A DNA stretch of 64,000 nucleotides, taken from a bacterium (lineage in GTDB: Bacteria > RBG-13-66-14). Shown here piece after piece: positions 17,409 through 26,969 of the stretch (position 1 is the first letter of the stretch; each line of letters opens with the position of its first letter). The notes under the pieces were generated by a model. It saw only the letters and a program-made list of their open reading frames with translations. It ran no database searches and was not told where the DNA came from. The stretch lies in contig DATKYS010000132.1 in assembly GCA_035528375.1 (NCBI GenBank), positions 731-64,730 of the forward strand, read 5' to 3'. The translations under genes were made by a program, and so were the position numbers.

Positions 17409-17862
17409 CCCTTCCGTCGTCGTACGGCCCTGCGGCGTGGCCCACACCCCGTACACCCCCGAAGCGCAGGGGCCGATTCAGGGCGTCTTCCGCGAGGACG
17501 TCGAGTCGCGCCTGGAGATTTTCCCGCCCTACGACGCCTGTCTGGACGGCCTGGAGGGCTATTCCCACCTCATCGTCCTGTTCCACTTCCACCTCGTCTC
17601 CGAGCGGGAGCGCACCCTCGTGACCAAGCCCTACCTCTACGACCACGAGGTGGGCGCCTTCGCCTGCTGCTCGCCGAGGCGGCCGTCGGGGCTGGGGCTG
17701 GACATCGTCCGGCTGCTCCGCCGCGAGGGGAACGTGCTGGTCGTCGCCGGTGGGGACATGACCGACGGCAGCCCCATCCTGGACATCCGCCCCTACATCC
17801 CGGAATTTCACTCCTTCCCCGACGCCGAGCTGGGGTGGATTCGGGGCCGCATCCCCGAATAG
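17398..17862 (+). CDS. tsaA: tRNA (adenine37-N6)-methyltransferase TrmO/TsaA (YaeB family)
   Basis: VRPCGVAHTPY...FPPYDACLDGLEGYSHLIVLFHFH...DGSPILDIRPY, the TsaA signature. Confidence 0.75.
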   Translation: MEDSPSVVVRPCGVAHTPYTPEAQGPIQGVFREDVESRLEIFPPYDACLDGLEGYSHLIVLFHFHLVSERERTLVTKPYLYDHEVGAFACCSPRRPSGLGLDIVRLLRREGNVLVVAGGDMTDGSPILDIRPYIPEFHSFPDAELGWIRGRIPE

Positions 17863-17975
17863 CGGCGCGCCGGTGGGAATCGTTAAAAAGGGACCACCGG
17901 TCCCTTTTTCCTACAGGAACCTGGAGCGGAACGGGGACGTAGAATACTAATCGTCCCTTCTCCCGAGGAGTCGTC

Positions 17976-19052
17976 ATGCGGATACGGCATTTTCTCATCG
18001 TTCTCGTCGTCTTCGTCGCCCTGGGCTTCCTGGGGTCGCTCTCGGCCCAGGAAAACGAGTCCCCGTCGCAGAACGCCGGCGAGCCGCAACTGGAACAGGT
18101 GTCCAACCTCTGCGCGGAGCCCGAGGCGACCCTGGAACCACTCGACACCGACACCCTCGCGGCCCTGGCCGGCGGGCTCAGGCTCGGCTCCCCGGAGCGG
18201 GTGGGAGGGGCTTGGGTCTTCCCACTGTACCTGGATAAACCCGGGACGCGGGAGTACCTCACCCTGGCCGAGGCCGGGGAGGAGGGCCTCCTGGGAGTCA
18301 ACGAGCTGGAGTCGGCGGAGGTGAACGCGGTGGAGCTCGTCTGGGAGACGAAGAGGCCGCTCTTCATCATGGCCGGCCAGATGATCCGCGGGGCGAAGCA
18401 GGACCGGGTCTTCGCCCGGGACGTGCTCGTGATCGGTCAGGGGCGCGGTCCCCTGCCCGTTTACTGCGTGGAGTCCGGCCGCTGGACCAGCGGACCGACG
18501 GCGTTCACCGCGGCCAAGATGGTGGTCGGCAACGAGGTTCGCGGCGCGGTGAACCTCCAGGCCGACCAGGGGACGGTCTGGTCCAAGGTCTCCGAGGTGC
18601 AGGAGAGCGTGGGCCGGTACTCCGAAACGTCGGCCTACCGGGTTGTGCTCGAGGACTCGGTGGTGAGCGGCATCGCCGGGGATTTGGGGGATATTTTCAA
18701 CGGGTTCGCCGAGGACGGCGCCTGCGGCGTGCTGCTCTTCGGCGGGGGGTACGTGCTGGGGCTGGACGTGTTCGATAACGCGGCGCTCTTCGGCGATCTG
18801 TCCGGGGAGCTGGGCGTGGCCTACGCGACCCAGGTGGCGGTCCTGGATGAGGAGCCCGGCCATCCCGAACCGGGGAAGCTGGTGAAGGAGTTTTTGGGGG
18901 ATTTGGGCGGTCTGGCGACCTTCACCTACCCCGGCGAGACCGTGGGCGAGGGCGAGTTCGTCGTCGTCAACGACGGCCACCTCTCCGGGGGTTTCCTGAA
19001 TACGGACGGCGGGATCGTCCACCTGATGCTGACGCAGTCGGCGCCCGAATGA
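17976..19052 (+). CDS. Secreted hypothetical protein (358 aa)
   Basis: Signal peptide. No confidently recognised domain. Confidence 0.45.
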   Translation: MRIRHFLIVLVVFVALGFLGSLSAQENESPSQNAGEPQLEQVSNLCAEPEATLEPLDTDTLAALAGGLRLGSPERVGGAWVFPLYLDKPGTREYLTLAEAGEEGLLGVNELESAEVNAVELVWETKRPLFIMAGQMIRGAKQDRVFARDVLVIGQGRGPLPVYCVESGRWTSGPTAFTAAKMVVGNEVRGAVNLQADQGTVWSKVSEVQESVGRYSETSAYRVVLEDSVVSGIAGDLGDIFNGFAEDGACGVLLFGGGYVLGLDVFDNAALFGDLSGELGVAYATQVAVLDEEPGHPEPGKLVKEFLGDLGGLATFTYPGETVGEGEFVVVNDGHLSGGFLNTDGGIVHLMLTQSAPE

Positions 19053-19113
19053 TCCCGGTTTTCTTTTTGATCTGCGGGGAGCCGGTCGGCTCTCCTTTTT
19101 CACGCGTGTCTGT

Positions 19114-20184
19114 CTACCGCGTGTACTTCAACAGGAAGCGCCACAGCCAGCGCAGGCCGAAGTACAGCCCGGCGGCCACGGCGATCAAGAGGGGGAAGAA
19201 TGCGGTTAAAAGGTGGGTGGAGAGGTACTCCCACAGGGTCTCGTACCACGTGCTTACCGAGCCCTCTCGCAGGCTCTCCACCACCCGGTCGAAGAGTGCC
19301 TCGAAGGAGCGGTGGTTCGCCTCGGCGGTTTCACCGTGGATGGCGTAGGTCCCGCGGTTGCCGTATAAAACGACGCAGCGCCAGCGAAAGGGGACGCCGT
19401 CCACCCGGTAGATGCCGTTCAGTCTCTGGGCCGCCAGACCGGCGGCCTCGCCGGGTGTCGAGTCGAGCAGCCGGAATCCGGGGCGGTGGCTCTCGGCGTC
19501 CAGGAGCAGGCTTTCCAGGAACAGGGCGCGGTTCTCGTTGTCGGCGGCCGCTCCCGAAACGATGACCCCGATCTCGGCCACCGGCGCCCTCTCGTCGGTG
19601 AGCTCGGCCAGATAATCGTAGGCCCCGGCGGGGATTATCCGCCACTCCTGCGGCAGGGCGAGTCGGAAACCCGGTCCGACGCGGATGACGAGCTCCCCGC
19701 CGAAGTCGCGGCTCTCCTGGGCGACCGCCAGGGGCAGGCGGCAATCCAGGTCCCGGAGGGCCACCGTCCCCAGGGCCGCCAGCCGGTCCCGCTCCCGCCA
19801 CGGCCCCTCCAGCTTCCAGAGCCAGAGTCGGCGCGCGGCGTAGATGCCGGCGAAGAGCCCGAACCGGTTCCCCCGCCGGTACTCCACGGTGCGGGCGTAG
19901 GTCCCGTCAAGCTCCCGGGAGATGAAGGGGCCCAACAATTCCGCGCCCCCAAGCCCTCCCAACGACACGAGCCCCCCGTCGGTGGGGGGGGCTTCCAGTT
20001 TCGGCAGCAGGGTCAGGCTGAATCCGGCGGCGCCGTCGGCCCGTTCGGCGAGGAGTGAGCGATCCCGGTAGGACACCTCCCAGCCCTTCGGCACCTCGGC
20101 GACCATCGTCCCGGCGGGACCGATGACGGGGCGGAGGGGCCAGGAGGCGATGACGCCTAAAATCCAGAAGATTAGGTGGCTCAC
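19114..20184 (-). CDS. Hypothetical membrane-anchored protein (N- and C-terminal hydrophobic segments)
   Basis: N-terminal MSHLIFWILGVIASW and C-terminal LLTAFFPLLIAVAAGLYFGL helices. Confidence 0.45.
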   Translation of the reverse strand: MSHLIFWILGVIASWPLRPVIGPAGTMVAEVPKGWEVSYRDRSLLAERADGAAGFSLTLLPKLEAPPTDGGLVSLGGLGGAELLGPFISRELDGTYARTVEYRRGNRFGLFAGIYAARRLWLWKLEGPWRERDRLAALGTVALRDLDCRLPLAVAQESRDFGGELVIRVGPGFRLALPQEWRIIPAGAYDYLAELTDERAPVAEIGVIVSGAAADNENRALFLESLLLDAESHRPGFRLLDSTPGEAAGLAAQRLNGIYRVDGVPFRWRCVVLYGNRGTYAIHGETAEANHRSFEALFDRVVESLREGSVSTWYETLWEYLSTHLLTAFFPLLIAVAAGLYFGLRWLWRFLLKYTR

Positions 20185-20975
20185 GCGGTTACGATGATAG
20201 GTCCGGTCGCGTCGCGGATGGCGCGCTGGGTCCTAGGCTCCAGGATGAGGTGATCCGCGCTCCCGGTGGCCCCGATGACGACCAGCTCGCCGGGGTCCAG
20301 ATCGGCGATGCGCTCCTCGAGGGGCAGGGTCAGCTCCTCGTATTCGGCCGGTCGGTCGTAGCTCGCCAGGAGCTTCTCGGCGTCGGCGCGGGTCCCGCCC
20401 TCGTGGATGACCAGAATCCGGTGCCCGCCGGAGAGGTCGGCGGCGAACCGCAGGGTCTCCTCGGCGGAGGGCTTGTCGTCGGCGAAAACCACGACGCGGG
20501 ACGGCTTCTCGAAATCGGCCGGGGCCAGCATGACCGCGGTGTTCACCCGCTTGAGCACCCCCTCGGCGACGTTGCCGAGCATGTCGTTCTCGTACTCGGC
20601 GTGGTCGCCCTGGCGCCCGATGACGACGAGATCGGCCCTCTGCGCCCTCTCGACCAGGGTGGTGGCGACGGGGCCGCTGGTGATGATTTCCTCGTAGGAA
20701 ACCCCCGCCTTGCGGGCCAGCTCGGAGATGAAGCCCAGGGCCGTCTCGCCCAGGCCGCGCAGGACAGGTTCGGCCGCGGCGCGGAAGTCGGTCGCCGGGG
20801 CGAAGCCCAGCATCGCCGCCAGACGGGCGAAAAAGGGCCCATCCAGCAGGCGGATGTCCAGGACGTAGCAGCCGATCAGCTTGGTGCCAGCGGCCTGCGC
20901 CGCCCAGACGCCGTAACGGGCGGCTCCCTCGGCGTAGCGCGAGCCGTCGGTGCCGACCAGGACGTTGCGGATCAT
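20181..20975 (-). CDS. Tandem-domain universal stress protein (UspA family)
   Basis: MIRNVLVGTDGS...ADLVVIGRQG... and a second VIHEGG...LVVIGATG half. Two USP domains. Confidence 0.75.
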   Translation of the reverse strand: MIRNVLVGTDGSRYAEGAARYGVWAAQAAGTKLIGCYVLDIRLLDGPFFARLAAMLGFAPATDFRAAAEPVLRGLGETALGFISELARKAGVSYEEIITSGPVATTLVERAQRADLVVIGRQGDHAEYENDMLGNVAEGVLKRVNTAVMLAPADFEKPSRVVVFADDKPSAEETLRFAADLSGGHRILVIHEGGTRADAEKLLASYDRPAEYEELTLPLEERIADLDPGELVVIGATGSADHLILEPRTQRAIRDATGPIIVTA

Positions 20976-21054
20976 CTGTCTCTCCCCGGGTGCGGTTCCG
21001 GCCAAGTGTACCAAAAAAGGAAGCCGTGTCCCCGGCAAAACGAAGTTATTCCGG

Positions 21055-21080
21055 ACGAGGGGTTAGCCCCTTGCCTTACA
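21055..21080. repeat. Degenerate copy of the GGCAAGGGGCTTAAGCCCCTTG palindromic repeat
   Basis: GACGAGGGGTTAGCCCCTTGCCTTA. Sits between the trmFO stop and the usp start. Confidence 0.4.
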
Positions 21081-21091
21081 CATGAACGGAG

Positions 21092-22441
21092 CTACGCCCC
21101 CGGCGACTCGATCCGCCACCGGAAGGCGCGCATCGCGGCCAGGGCCCGGAGCGCCAGCGCCGTCCGCCGGTCCCTTTTTCCCCGCACCCGGGTCGAAAGC
21201 GGCGGCAGGAGTCCGTAGTGGGCGTTTACCGGGCACGGGGGATCGTCCTCGTCGTTACGGTCCGCGCCGGACAGGGTTCTCACCAGACCGCCCAGCACCG
21301 TCTCCCTTGGCGGAACGATCGGCTCCGACCCCGACAACCGGCGGGCGAGGTTCTTTCCCGCCAGAAGGCCCGTGGCGACTGCCTCGACGTACCCCTCCGC
21401 CCCCGAGAGCTGCCCCGCGACGAAGACGCCGGGCCGTCCCCGAAGCTCCAGGCTCGCCTCCAGCAGCGCCGGGGCGTCCAGGTAGCCGTTGCGGTGCATC
21501 CGGCCGTAGCGGACGAACTCGGCCCGCTCCAGGCCGGGCAGGGAGCGCAGGAGTGTTCGCTGGGCCGACGGGGTCAGGCGGGTCTGGCAGCCGACGAGGC
21601 TGTACCGCGTCCTTTCCCGATTCTCGGCCCGGAGCTGGATGACGGCGTGGTAAGACTGCCCGGTGTCCGGCCGGCGGAGACCAACGGGTCGCAACGGACC
21701 GAAGCGCAGGGCGTCCCGGCCCCGCTCGGCGAGGACCTCCAACGGCAGGCAACCCTCGAAGACCGCGAACGCGTCCCCGACCAACTCCCGGTCCACCGCG
21801 TGAACCGGCGCCCGGGGCAGCGTGAGCAGATTTTGCCAAAAATTCTCGTACACCTCGGCACAGAGGCCCACGTTCATGTAGTCGTCCCCGAGGCCGTGGC
21901 GCCCGGCGGGGAAGACCTTCTCCGGGTCGAGGCTCTCCGCCGTCACCACGGGCGAGGTAGCGTCGTGGAAAAAAAGCCGCCCGCGACCCAGCTCCTCATC
22001 CAGCCTTCCCATGAGCGTCGGTCCGGTGAGCGGGCCGGTGGCCAGGACGGCCGGAGCCTCCGGGGGCTCGGTCACCTCCTCCCGGACGACCTCGACGAGC
22101 GGATTGGCCGTCAGTCTACGCTCCACCTCCGCCGAGAAGAGCTCCCGGTCCACGGCCAGCGCCGAACCGGCCGGCACCCGGTAAATCTTCGCCGCTTCGA
22201 TTAAAAGGGACCCCAGGAGCTCCAGCTCGGCCTTCAGGCAGCCGTGGGCGTTGTGGAGCTCGACGCTCTTGAGCGAATTGGAGCAGACGAGCTCGGCCAG
22301 CCCGCCGCCGGTGTGTGCGCCGGTCCCCTTGCCGGGGCGCATCTCGAACAGCCGCACCGGATGCCCGGCCCGGGCGAGCTGCCACGCCGCCTCGCAGCCC
22401 GCCAGCCCCCCTCCGACCACGGTCACGTGTCCGGGAGTCAT
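21092..22441 (-). CDS. trmFO: Methylenetetrahydrofolate--tRNA-(uracil54-C5)-methyltransferase TrmFO
   Basis: VTVVGGGLAGCEAAWQLA...VCSNSLKS...FFAGQLSGAEGYVEA, the TrmFO/Gid pattern. Confidence 0.85.
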   Translation of the reverse strand: MTPGHVTVVGGGLAGCEAAWQLARAGHPVRLFEMRPGKGTGAHTGGGLAELVCSNSLKSVELHNAHGCLKAELELLGSLLIEAAKIYRVPAGSALAVDRELFSAEVERRLTANPLVEVVREEVTEPPEAPAVLATGPLTGPTLMGRLDEELGRGRLFFHDATSPVVTAESLDPEKVFPAGRHGLGDDYMNVGLCAEVYENFWQNLLTLPRAPVHAVDRELVGDAFAVFEGCLPLEVLAERGRDALRFGPLRPVGLRRPDTGQSYHAVIQLRAENRERTRYSLVGCQTRLTPSAQRTLLRSLPGLERAEFVRYGRMHRNGYLDAPALLEASLELRGRPGVFVAGQLSGAEGYVEAVATGLLAGKNLARRLSGSEPIVPPRETVLGGLVRTLSGADRNDEDDPPCPVNAHYGLLPPLSTRVRGKRDRRTALALRALAAMRAFRWRIESPGA

Positions 22442-22494
22442 CCCGAGTCCAAAGGCCCCCGCGGGGGCCTCTCGCCTGAGTCCGTGCGAACCAT

Positions 22495-24174
22495 TTACCC
22501 CCCCTCGGATATGTATCGGTCCACCGTCAGGCTGACCTCTTCGGCCAGGTCCACGTCCAGGGGTTCCTCGACTTCCGGCTCGAGCGCCTTCAGCGCGACC
22601 AGGGTCATGTCGTCGAACTGCCTCTTCTCCCCGGCGAATGCGCGCGCCGTTTCCGCCAGCCTTTTCACCAACTCCGGCGGCGCGAGCTCGGCGGAGGCGG
22701 CGAAAGCATCCTGAAGCCTTCTGTCACCGAAGATTTCCATTTCTTCGTTCATGGCTTCGGAGACGCCGTCGGTGTAGAGGAGAACGGTGTCCCCCGGTTC
22801 CAGGCGAAGCGTCGTGGATTCCAGGGTCCGGCAGAACTCGTCGGGCTCGATAAGACCCAGGGGGCGTCCCCGGGTCTTGACGACCTCCACCAGCTTCTCG
22901 CTCGCGCGGAATACGAGCATCGAGTTGTGCCCGGCGTTGACCACGTCCAGGCTTCCGTTGCGGGAGTCGTAAACGTAGTAGAGGCAGGTGACGAAGTTGC
23001 CGGAGCGCATGTCGGGGCTGAGAAGGGTGTTGGTTTCGCAGAGGGTGGGCAGGGCGTCGAAATGCCGCGGGGCGGTGCTCTTGAGTATCGTGCGCAGTAT
23101 GAGCATGACCATGAGCCCCTGGAGACTTTTCCCCGACACGTCGGCCACGACCACGCCCAGCCTCCGTTCATCTATGGGGATGAAATCGTAGTAATCGCCG
23201 CCCACCTCGAAGGCCGGTTCGCAGAGGCCGGCAACGGCCATGCCCGGGTAGTCTGGCGGTTCGTCGGGCAGGTAGGAGAGCTGGAGCTGGCGGGCGATTT
23301 CCAGGTCCCGCAGGAGACGCCCCCTGTCGCCGGAGGCGTCGCGCGGGTTCTCCAGTCTCTCGGCCAGGTCGTTGACGGCCGCGGCCAACCGACCGAGCTC
23401 GTTCCTGGCGGAAGCCTTCAGGCGGTAGGTGATGTTGCCCGCCCCGAGCTTTCTCACCCCACGCTGGAGCTCCTTCAGGGGTCCCAGGATCCGCAGGATG
23501 AAGAGAACGCCCAGGCCCGTGGTGATGAGGAACGCCGCCGCGCCGATGAGGACGCCGTTGACCGTGGCCCGCTCCAGGGCCAGGCGCACCGGCTCCGCCG
23601 ACATCACCAGGCGCAGCTTCCCGAGGGTGGTGAAATCACCCGGCGGGCGCGCGGGGTGGTACACCGGCAGGGTGAGGCAGAAGGACCCGCCGTCGGAGAC
23701 GAGCTCCTCCCTCGCCCGGAGAGATCCCAGCTCCGCCGGCTCCCCCCCGACGTTCAGGGGGACTATCTCCTCGTCGGCCGAGTAGATGCCGCCCCGGTCG
23801 TCGAAGTAGTAGGCGCCGGTGAGGTGCGGGTTGTCCTCCAAAACCTCGGCCAGCGTCCGCACGATCCCCTCCCCCGCGTCGGGATCCCGGGCGATCGGGG
23901 AGAGCGTTCGGGCGACGGTCCGACCCTGGCGCACCAGCGAGGTCTGGAGTCCCTGGTAGAGGTTCGCCCGCTCGGAGGCGACCAGAAACCAGGTAAGCCC
24001 CGTCGCGGTGACGAGGACCAGCAGCCCGACGAGGATGGCGAACTGCCAGTGCAGGTTGAGGCGTCTCTTTTCCTTATCCGTCAAATCGGCTTCCCGGGTC
24101 GTCGTTCGCCGTGAGGTGGCCCGTGCTCCGAGCGAAGTGCTCTCCAATCTGTAGCTTACACCCATACGCGGCAT
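22495..24174 (-). CDS. Membrane HAMP-domain PP2C-type (SpoIIE/RsbU-like) serine phosphatase
   Basis: TM helix, HAMP region (LGPLKELQRGVRKL...), C-terminal PP2C motifs (AFEVGGDYYDF...VVADVSGKS...LYTDGVSE). Confidence 0.75.
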   Translation of the reverse strand: MPRMGVSYRLESTSLGARATSRRTTTREADLTDKEKRRLNLHWQFAILVGLLVLVTATGLTWFLVASERANLYQGLQTSLVRQGRTVARTLSPIARDPDAGEGIVRTLAEVLEDNPHLTGAYYFDDRGGIYSADEEIVPLNVGGEPAELGSLRAREELVSDGGSFCLTLPVYHPARPPGDFTTLGKLRLVMSAEPVRLALERATVNGVLIGAAAFLITTGLGVLFILRILGPLKELQRGVRKLGAGNITYRLKASARNELGRLAAAVNDLAERLENPRDASGDRGRLLRDLEIARQLQLSYLPDEPPDYPGMAVAGLCEPAFEVGGDYYDFIPIDERRLGVVVADVSGKSLQGLMVMLILRTILKSTAPRHFDALPTLCETNTLLSPDMRSGNFVTCLYYVYDSRNGSLDVVNAGHNSMLVFRASEKLVEVVKTRGRPLGLIEPDEFCRTLESTTLRLEPGDTVLLYTDGVSEAMNEEMEIFGDRRLQDAFAASAELAPPELVKRLAETARAFAGEKRQFDDMTLVALKALEPEVEEPLDVDLAEEVSLTVDRYISEGG

Positions 24175-24260
24175 CGGGGCAAGCGGATGCCTCCGGCGTC
24201 GTTGTGGTATGATGATCGGGTGTGGGACAGCCCATTTCCCTGGAGTTCAAAGGAGACACC

Positions 24261-25280
24261 ATGGTCCGGAAAGCCGTCACGGCCCTGCTGCTTCTCGCGG
24301 TCGGGGCGCTCCTCGCCGAGGCCACCTACCCCATGCCCGAGGGTTCTTTGAGTTACTGGGAGTTCTTCGGCGACACCCCCTTCACCCCCGGTCGGGGTTT
24401 CGTGGGGAAGCTGGAGCTGGGCGATCTGGTCTCCGACATGTACAATCGCGTCGGCGGCGGGATGGAGGAAATGGACTACCCCTTCTGGTACTTCTTCGAG
24501 GACGGACCCTACGCTTTCACCGTCATCGGCCAGTACGACATGGATTCCATGACCTTCCCCATCGTCGGGCTGGCCCTGGGCGGTATGGCGGATTTACCGC
24601 CACCCGCCATCATCACCCCCGAGGGGATAGGGGTCGGGGCGACGTGGCCCGAAGTGGTCGCCCTTTACGGTCGTCCCCCCCTGGGTGTGCGCGCGGCCGG
24701 GGCGTCGTACCCAGAGTTGGGGCTGGTCGTGTACCTCGACAACTACTTCAACGTCTCCACGCTCTTCGTCCAGGTGCCCGGTCCTCCCGAGGAGCCTTCC
24801 GGGATGCGCTACGAGAACGACGGTGTGGAGCTGCCCCAGGTCGTGACGCCGGCCAAGGGCATCCTGGCCGTGCCCCTGCCCGCGGGGTGGTCGCTGAGCG
24901 ACTCGGCCGACGTGACCGCCTTCTACGCCGATCCTTCGGACGGTTGGAACGTCCAGGTGTCCACCTGCGTGGACTGCAGCGACGACGTCACCCAGTGGGC
25001 GGACATGCAGGAGGGGTTGCTGTACGGTTCGAATCTCCTCCCCGTCGGCGAGTGGTACCTTCATCCCGAAGCGCTCGCGGCCTACGGCGCGGACGAGAGT
25101 TATTGCGCCGAGTATTCGAGCGATTTCATGGGGCACGGCTGGAGTCTCTTCCTGCGCCGGAACACCGAGACGGTGAACGTCACCGTCAACTGCCTGGATC
25201 CCGTGATGTACGGGGATGATCCCGAGGGGGCGGACCGTCTGGCCAGCGCGATTCTGGCCGGGCTGGAATTCGTGGAATAG
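24261..25280 (+). CDS. Secreted hypothetical protein
   Basis: Signal peptide MVRKAVTALLLLAVGALLA. No domain recognised. Confidence 0.45.
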   Translation: MVRKAVTALLLLAVGALLAEATYPMPEGSLSYWEFFGDTPFTPGRGFVGKLELGDLVSDMYNRVGGGMEEMDYPFWYFFEDGPYAFTVIGQYDMDSMTFPIVGLALGGMADLPPPAIITPEGIGVGATWPEVVALYGRPPLGVRAAGASYPELGLVVYLDNYFNVSTLFVQVPGPPEEPSGMRYENDGVELPQVVTPAKGILAVPLPAGWSLSDSADVTAFYADPSDGWNVQVSTCVDCSDDVTQWADMQEGLLYGSNLLPVGEWYLHPEALAAYGADESYCAEYSSDFMGHGWSLFLRRNTETVNVTVNCLDPVMYGDDPEGADRLASAILAGLEFVE

Positions 25281-25343
25281 GCCGAACCCTTGACATGTCC
25301 GACCCGTTCTTGCTACGCTCGCCCTGCTGTAAAAAGGCCGCGG

Positions 25344-25419
<76 letters not shown>

Positions 25420-25587
25420 TCGGTCCGGTGGGCCGGTGTCGGTGATAAAAGGTGGGGCGAACGGGTAAATGATATCGCCTTAGCCCTTCGGGGAGTCCGC
25501 CCCGGTCGGACGCGGGCGGTTGTGTGGCGCGGCGGAGCCGTAAGTCAAAAAGCCGGGTGCTGGTTGACTTTACCCCGGGAGGTCGAA

Positions 25588-26760
25588 TTGGGCGCGAAGC
25601 GCTATCTCAACGTTCTGGTCACCTTCGTCCTCTTCATCATCTGCCTCGGCGTCGTCTACCTACTGTCCCTGGATCGAACCGAGGGGCATCGCGGCGCCGG
25701 TGACCAGTTATACGGGAAATACGAGTACGAGGCCGCGCTGGAGGAGTACAGGCAGGCCTGCCTCGTGGAGTACAGTGACATTTTCGAGAGCATCGCCGAC
25801 CCCGGTTCGCTGCCGCTCGACGACATACTCGATATTCTGACGGACCACGGCGTCGGCAACGAACGCGTCCTGAACAGCATCAACGACTGCTGGTTCCAGA
25901 TGGGGTCCATCGAATTCGACAACTTCGACAAGAAAGGCCTCGATGTGGCCCTCCTCCCGGCCGAGACATACCTGACCAAGGTGGAGCGCGGCGAGCATAT
26001 GGAGGAAACCCAGGAGATGCTGGCCAAGGTGCAGACGGCCTTGAAGGAGGAGGTGGATATAGAAACCGGCACCCGCGTGGTTTGCGCATACACGGTGTAC
26101 ATGGGCTGGCCCGAACCCCCCGAGGACCTGGTATACGAGGGCCCCGTTCCGCCTAAGGGCTATCTCTACATCATGAACGACACCATCCACACCGAGAAGC
26201 TCACCAAGCGGGCCTATCTCAAGTACTCCGATGAGCTGAAGACCGTCATCATTGACGACTACGCCTCCCAGTATTACGCCAAGGATTTCATGGGCATCCC
26301 GAGCCACATCGCCGACGACAGCCCCGTAGACCTCTCGGTTAAAAGCGACACCCGGGAGACATCCATCGAGCTTTCCGGCGGCGACAGGCTCAACGCCGAG
26401 CCGTACAGGTACATGGTCTTCGTTCTCATCGAGATCACGAACCGGAGCAACGATCCGGAGTACATGGGCGGCCCCGAGCCCTACGAGTTCGAGCTGGCGA
26501 ACTGCCGCCTGTACAAGTCCTTGGAGACCAACTTCGACGAGCCGATGGCGTCCGACCAGAAGGATTCCCGCGATCCGCGCAAAACCTATCTGCCCGACAC
26601 CGCGACCATCCTGCCCGGCGAGACGCTCTCCGGCTGGATCATGTTCTACACCTGGGATTCGGCCGAGTACTACTTCAAGATTATCCGCAAGAAGGTCAAC
26701 CCCGATACCGGGATGGAGTTCTCCGAGCCGCTGGTCGGCAAGACCCTGCCGGCGTTCTAG
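25588..26760 (+). CDS. Membrane-anchored hypothetical protein (N-terminal TM helix + extracytoplasmic domain)
   Basis: TTG start with GGGAGG RBS. LNVLVTFVLFIICLGVVYLL helix. The track ORF start at 25387 overlaps tRNA-Phe and is rejected. Confidence 0.45.
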   Translation: MGAKRYLNVLVTFVLFIICLGVVYLLSLDRTEGHRGAGDQLYGKYEYEAALEEYRQACLVEYSDIFESIADPGSLPLDDILDILTDHGVGNERVLNSINDCWFQMGSIEFDNFDKKGLDVALLPAETYLTKVERGEHMEETQEMLAKVQTALKEEVDIETGTRVVCAYTVYMGWPEPPEDLVYEGPVPPKGYLYIMNDTIHTEKLTKRAYLKYSDELKTVIIDDYASQYYAKDFMGIPSHIADDSPVDLSVKSDTRETSIELSGGDRLNAEPYRYMVFVLIEITNRSNDPEYMGGPEPYEFELANCRLYKSLETNFDEPMASDQKDSRDPRKTYLPDTATILPGETLSGWIMFYTWDSAEYYFKIIRKKVNPDTGMEFSEPLVGKTLPAF

Positions 26761-26780
26761 TAGCCCTCGGTGTTTCAAAC

Positions 26781-26809
26781 GGCGGGGGATTGGTCCCCCG
26801 CCTTTTTTT
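26781..26809. terminator. Rho-independent terminator, copy 1 of a tandem pair (GGCGGGGGAttggTCCCCCGCC + T7)
   Basis: Between convergent genes 25588..26760 (+) and 26970..32651 (-). Confidence 0.65.
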
Positions 26810-26854
26810 CAGGTTCGTACATCTTGCTCTGGCGAAGTCGGTGTTTTAAAAACG

Positions 26855-26881
26855 GGCGGGGTTCGGTCCCCGCCTTTTTTC
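26855..26881. terminator. Rho-independent terminator, copy 2 (GGCGGGGttcgGTCCCCGCC + T6), near-duplicate
   Basis: Same flanking GTGTTTyAAA(AA)CGG motif as copy 1. Confidence 0.6.
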
Positions 26882-26969
26882 GACCCCCAACCCCGGCCCG
26901 CGCCTCGCGGATTGCGATGACGTGGGGGCGCGTGTCCGCACCCGTACCCCTTTTCGTCACCGTCCCGCG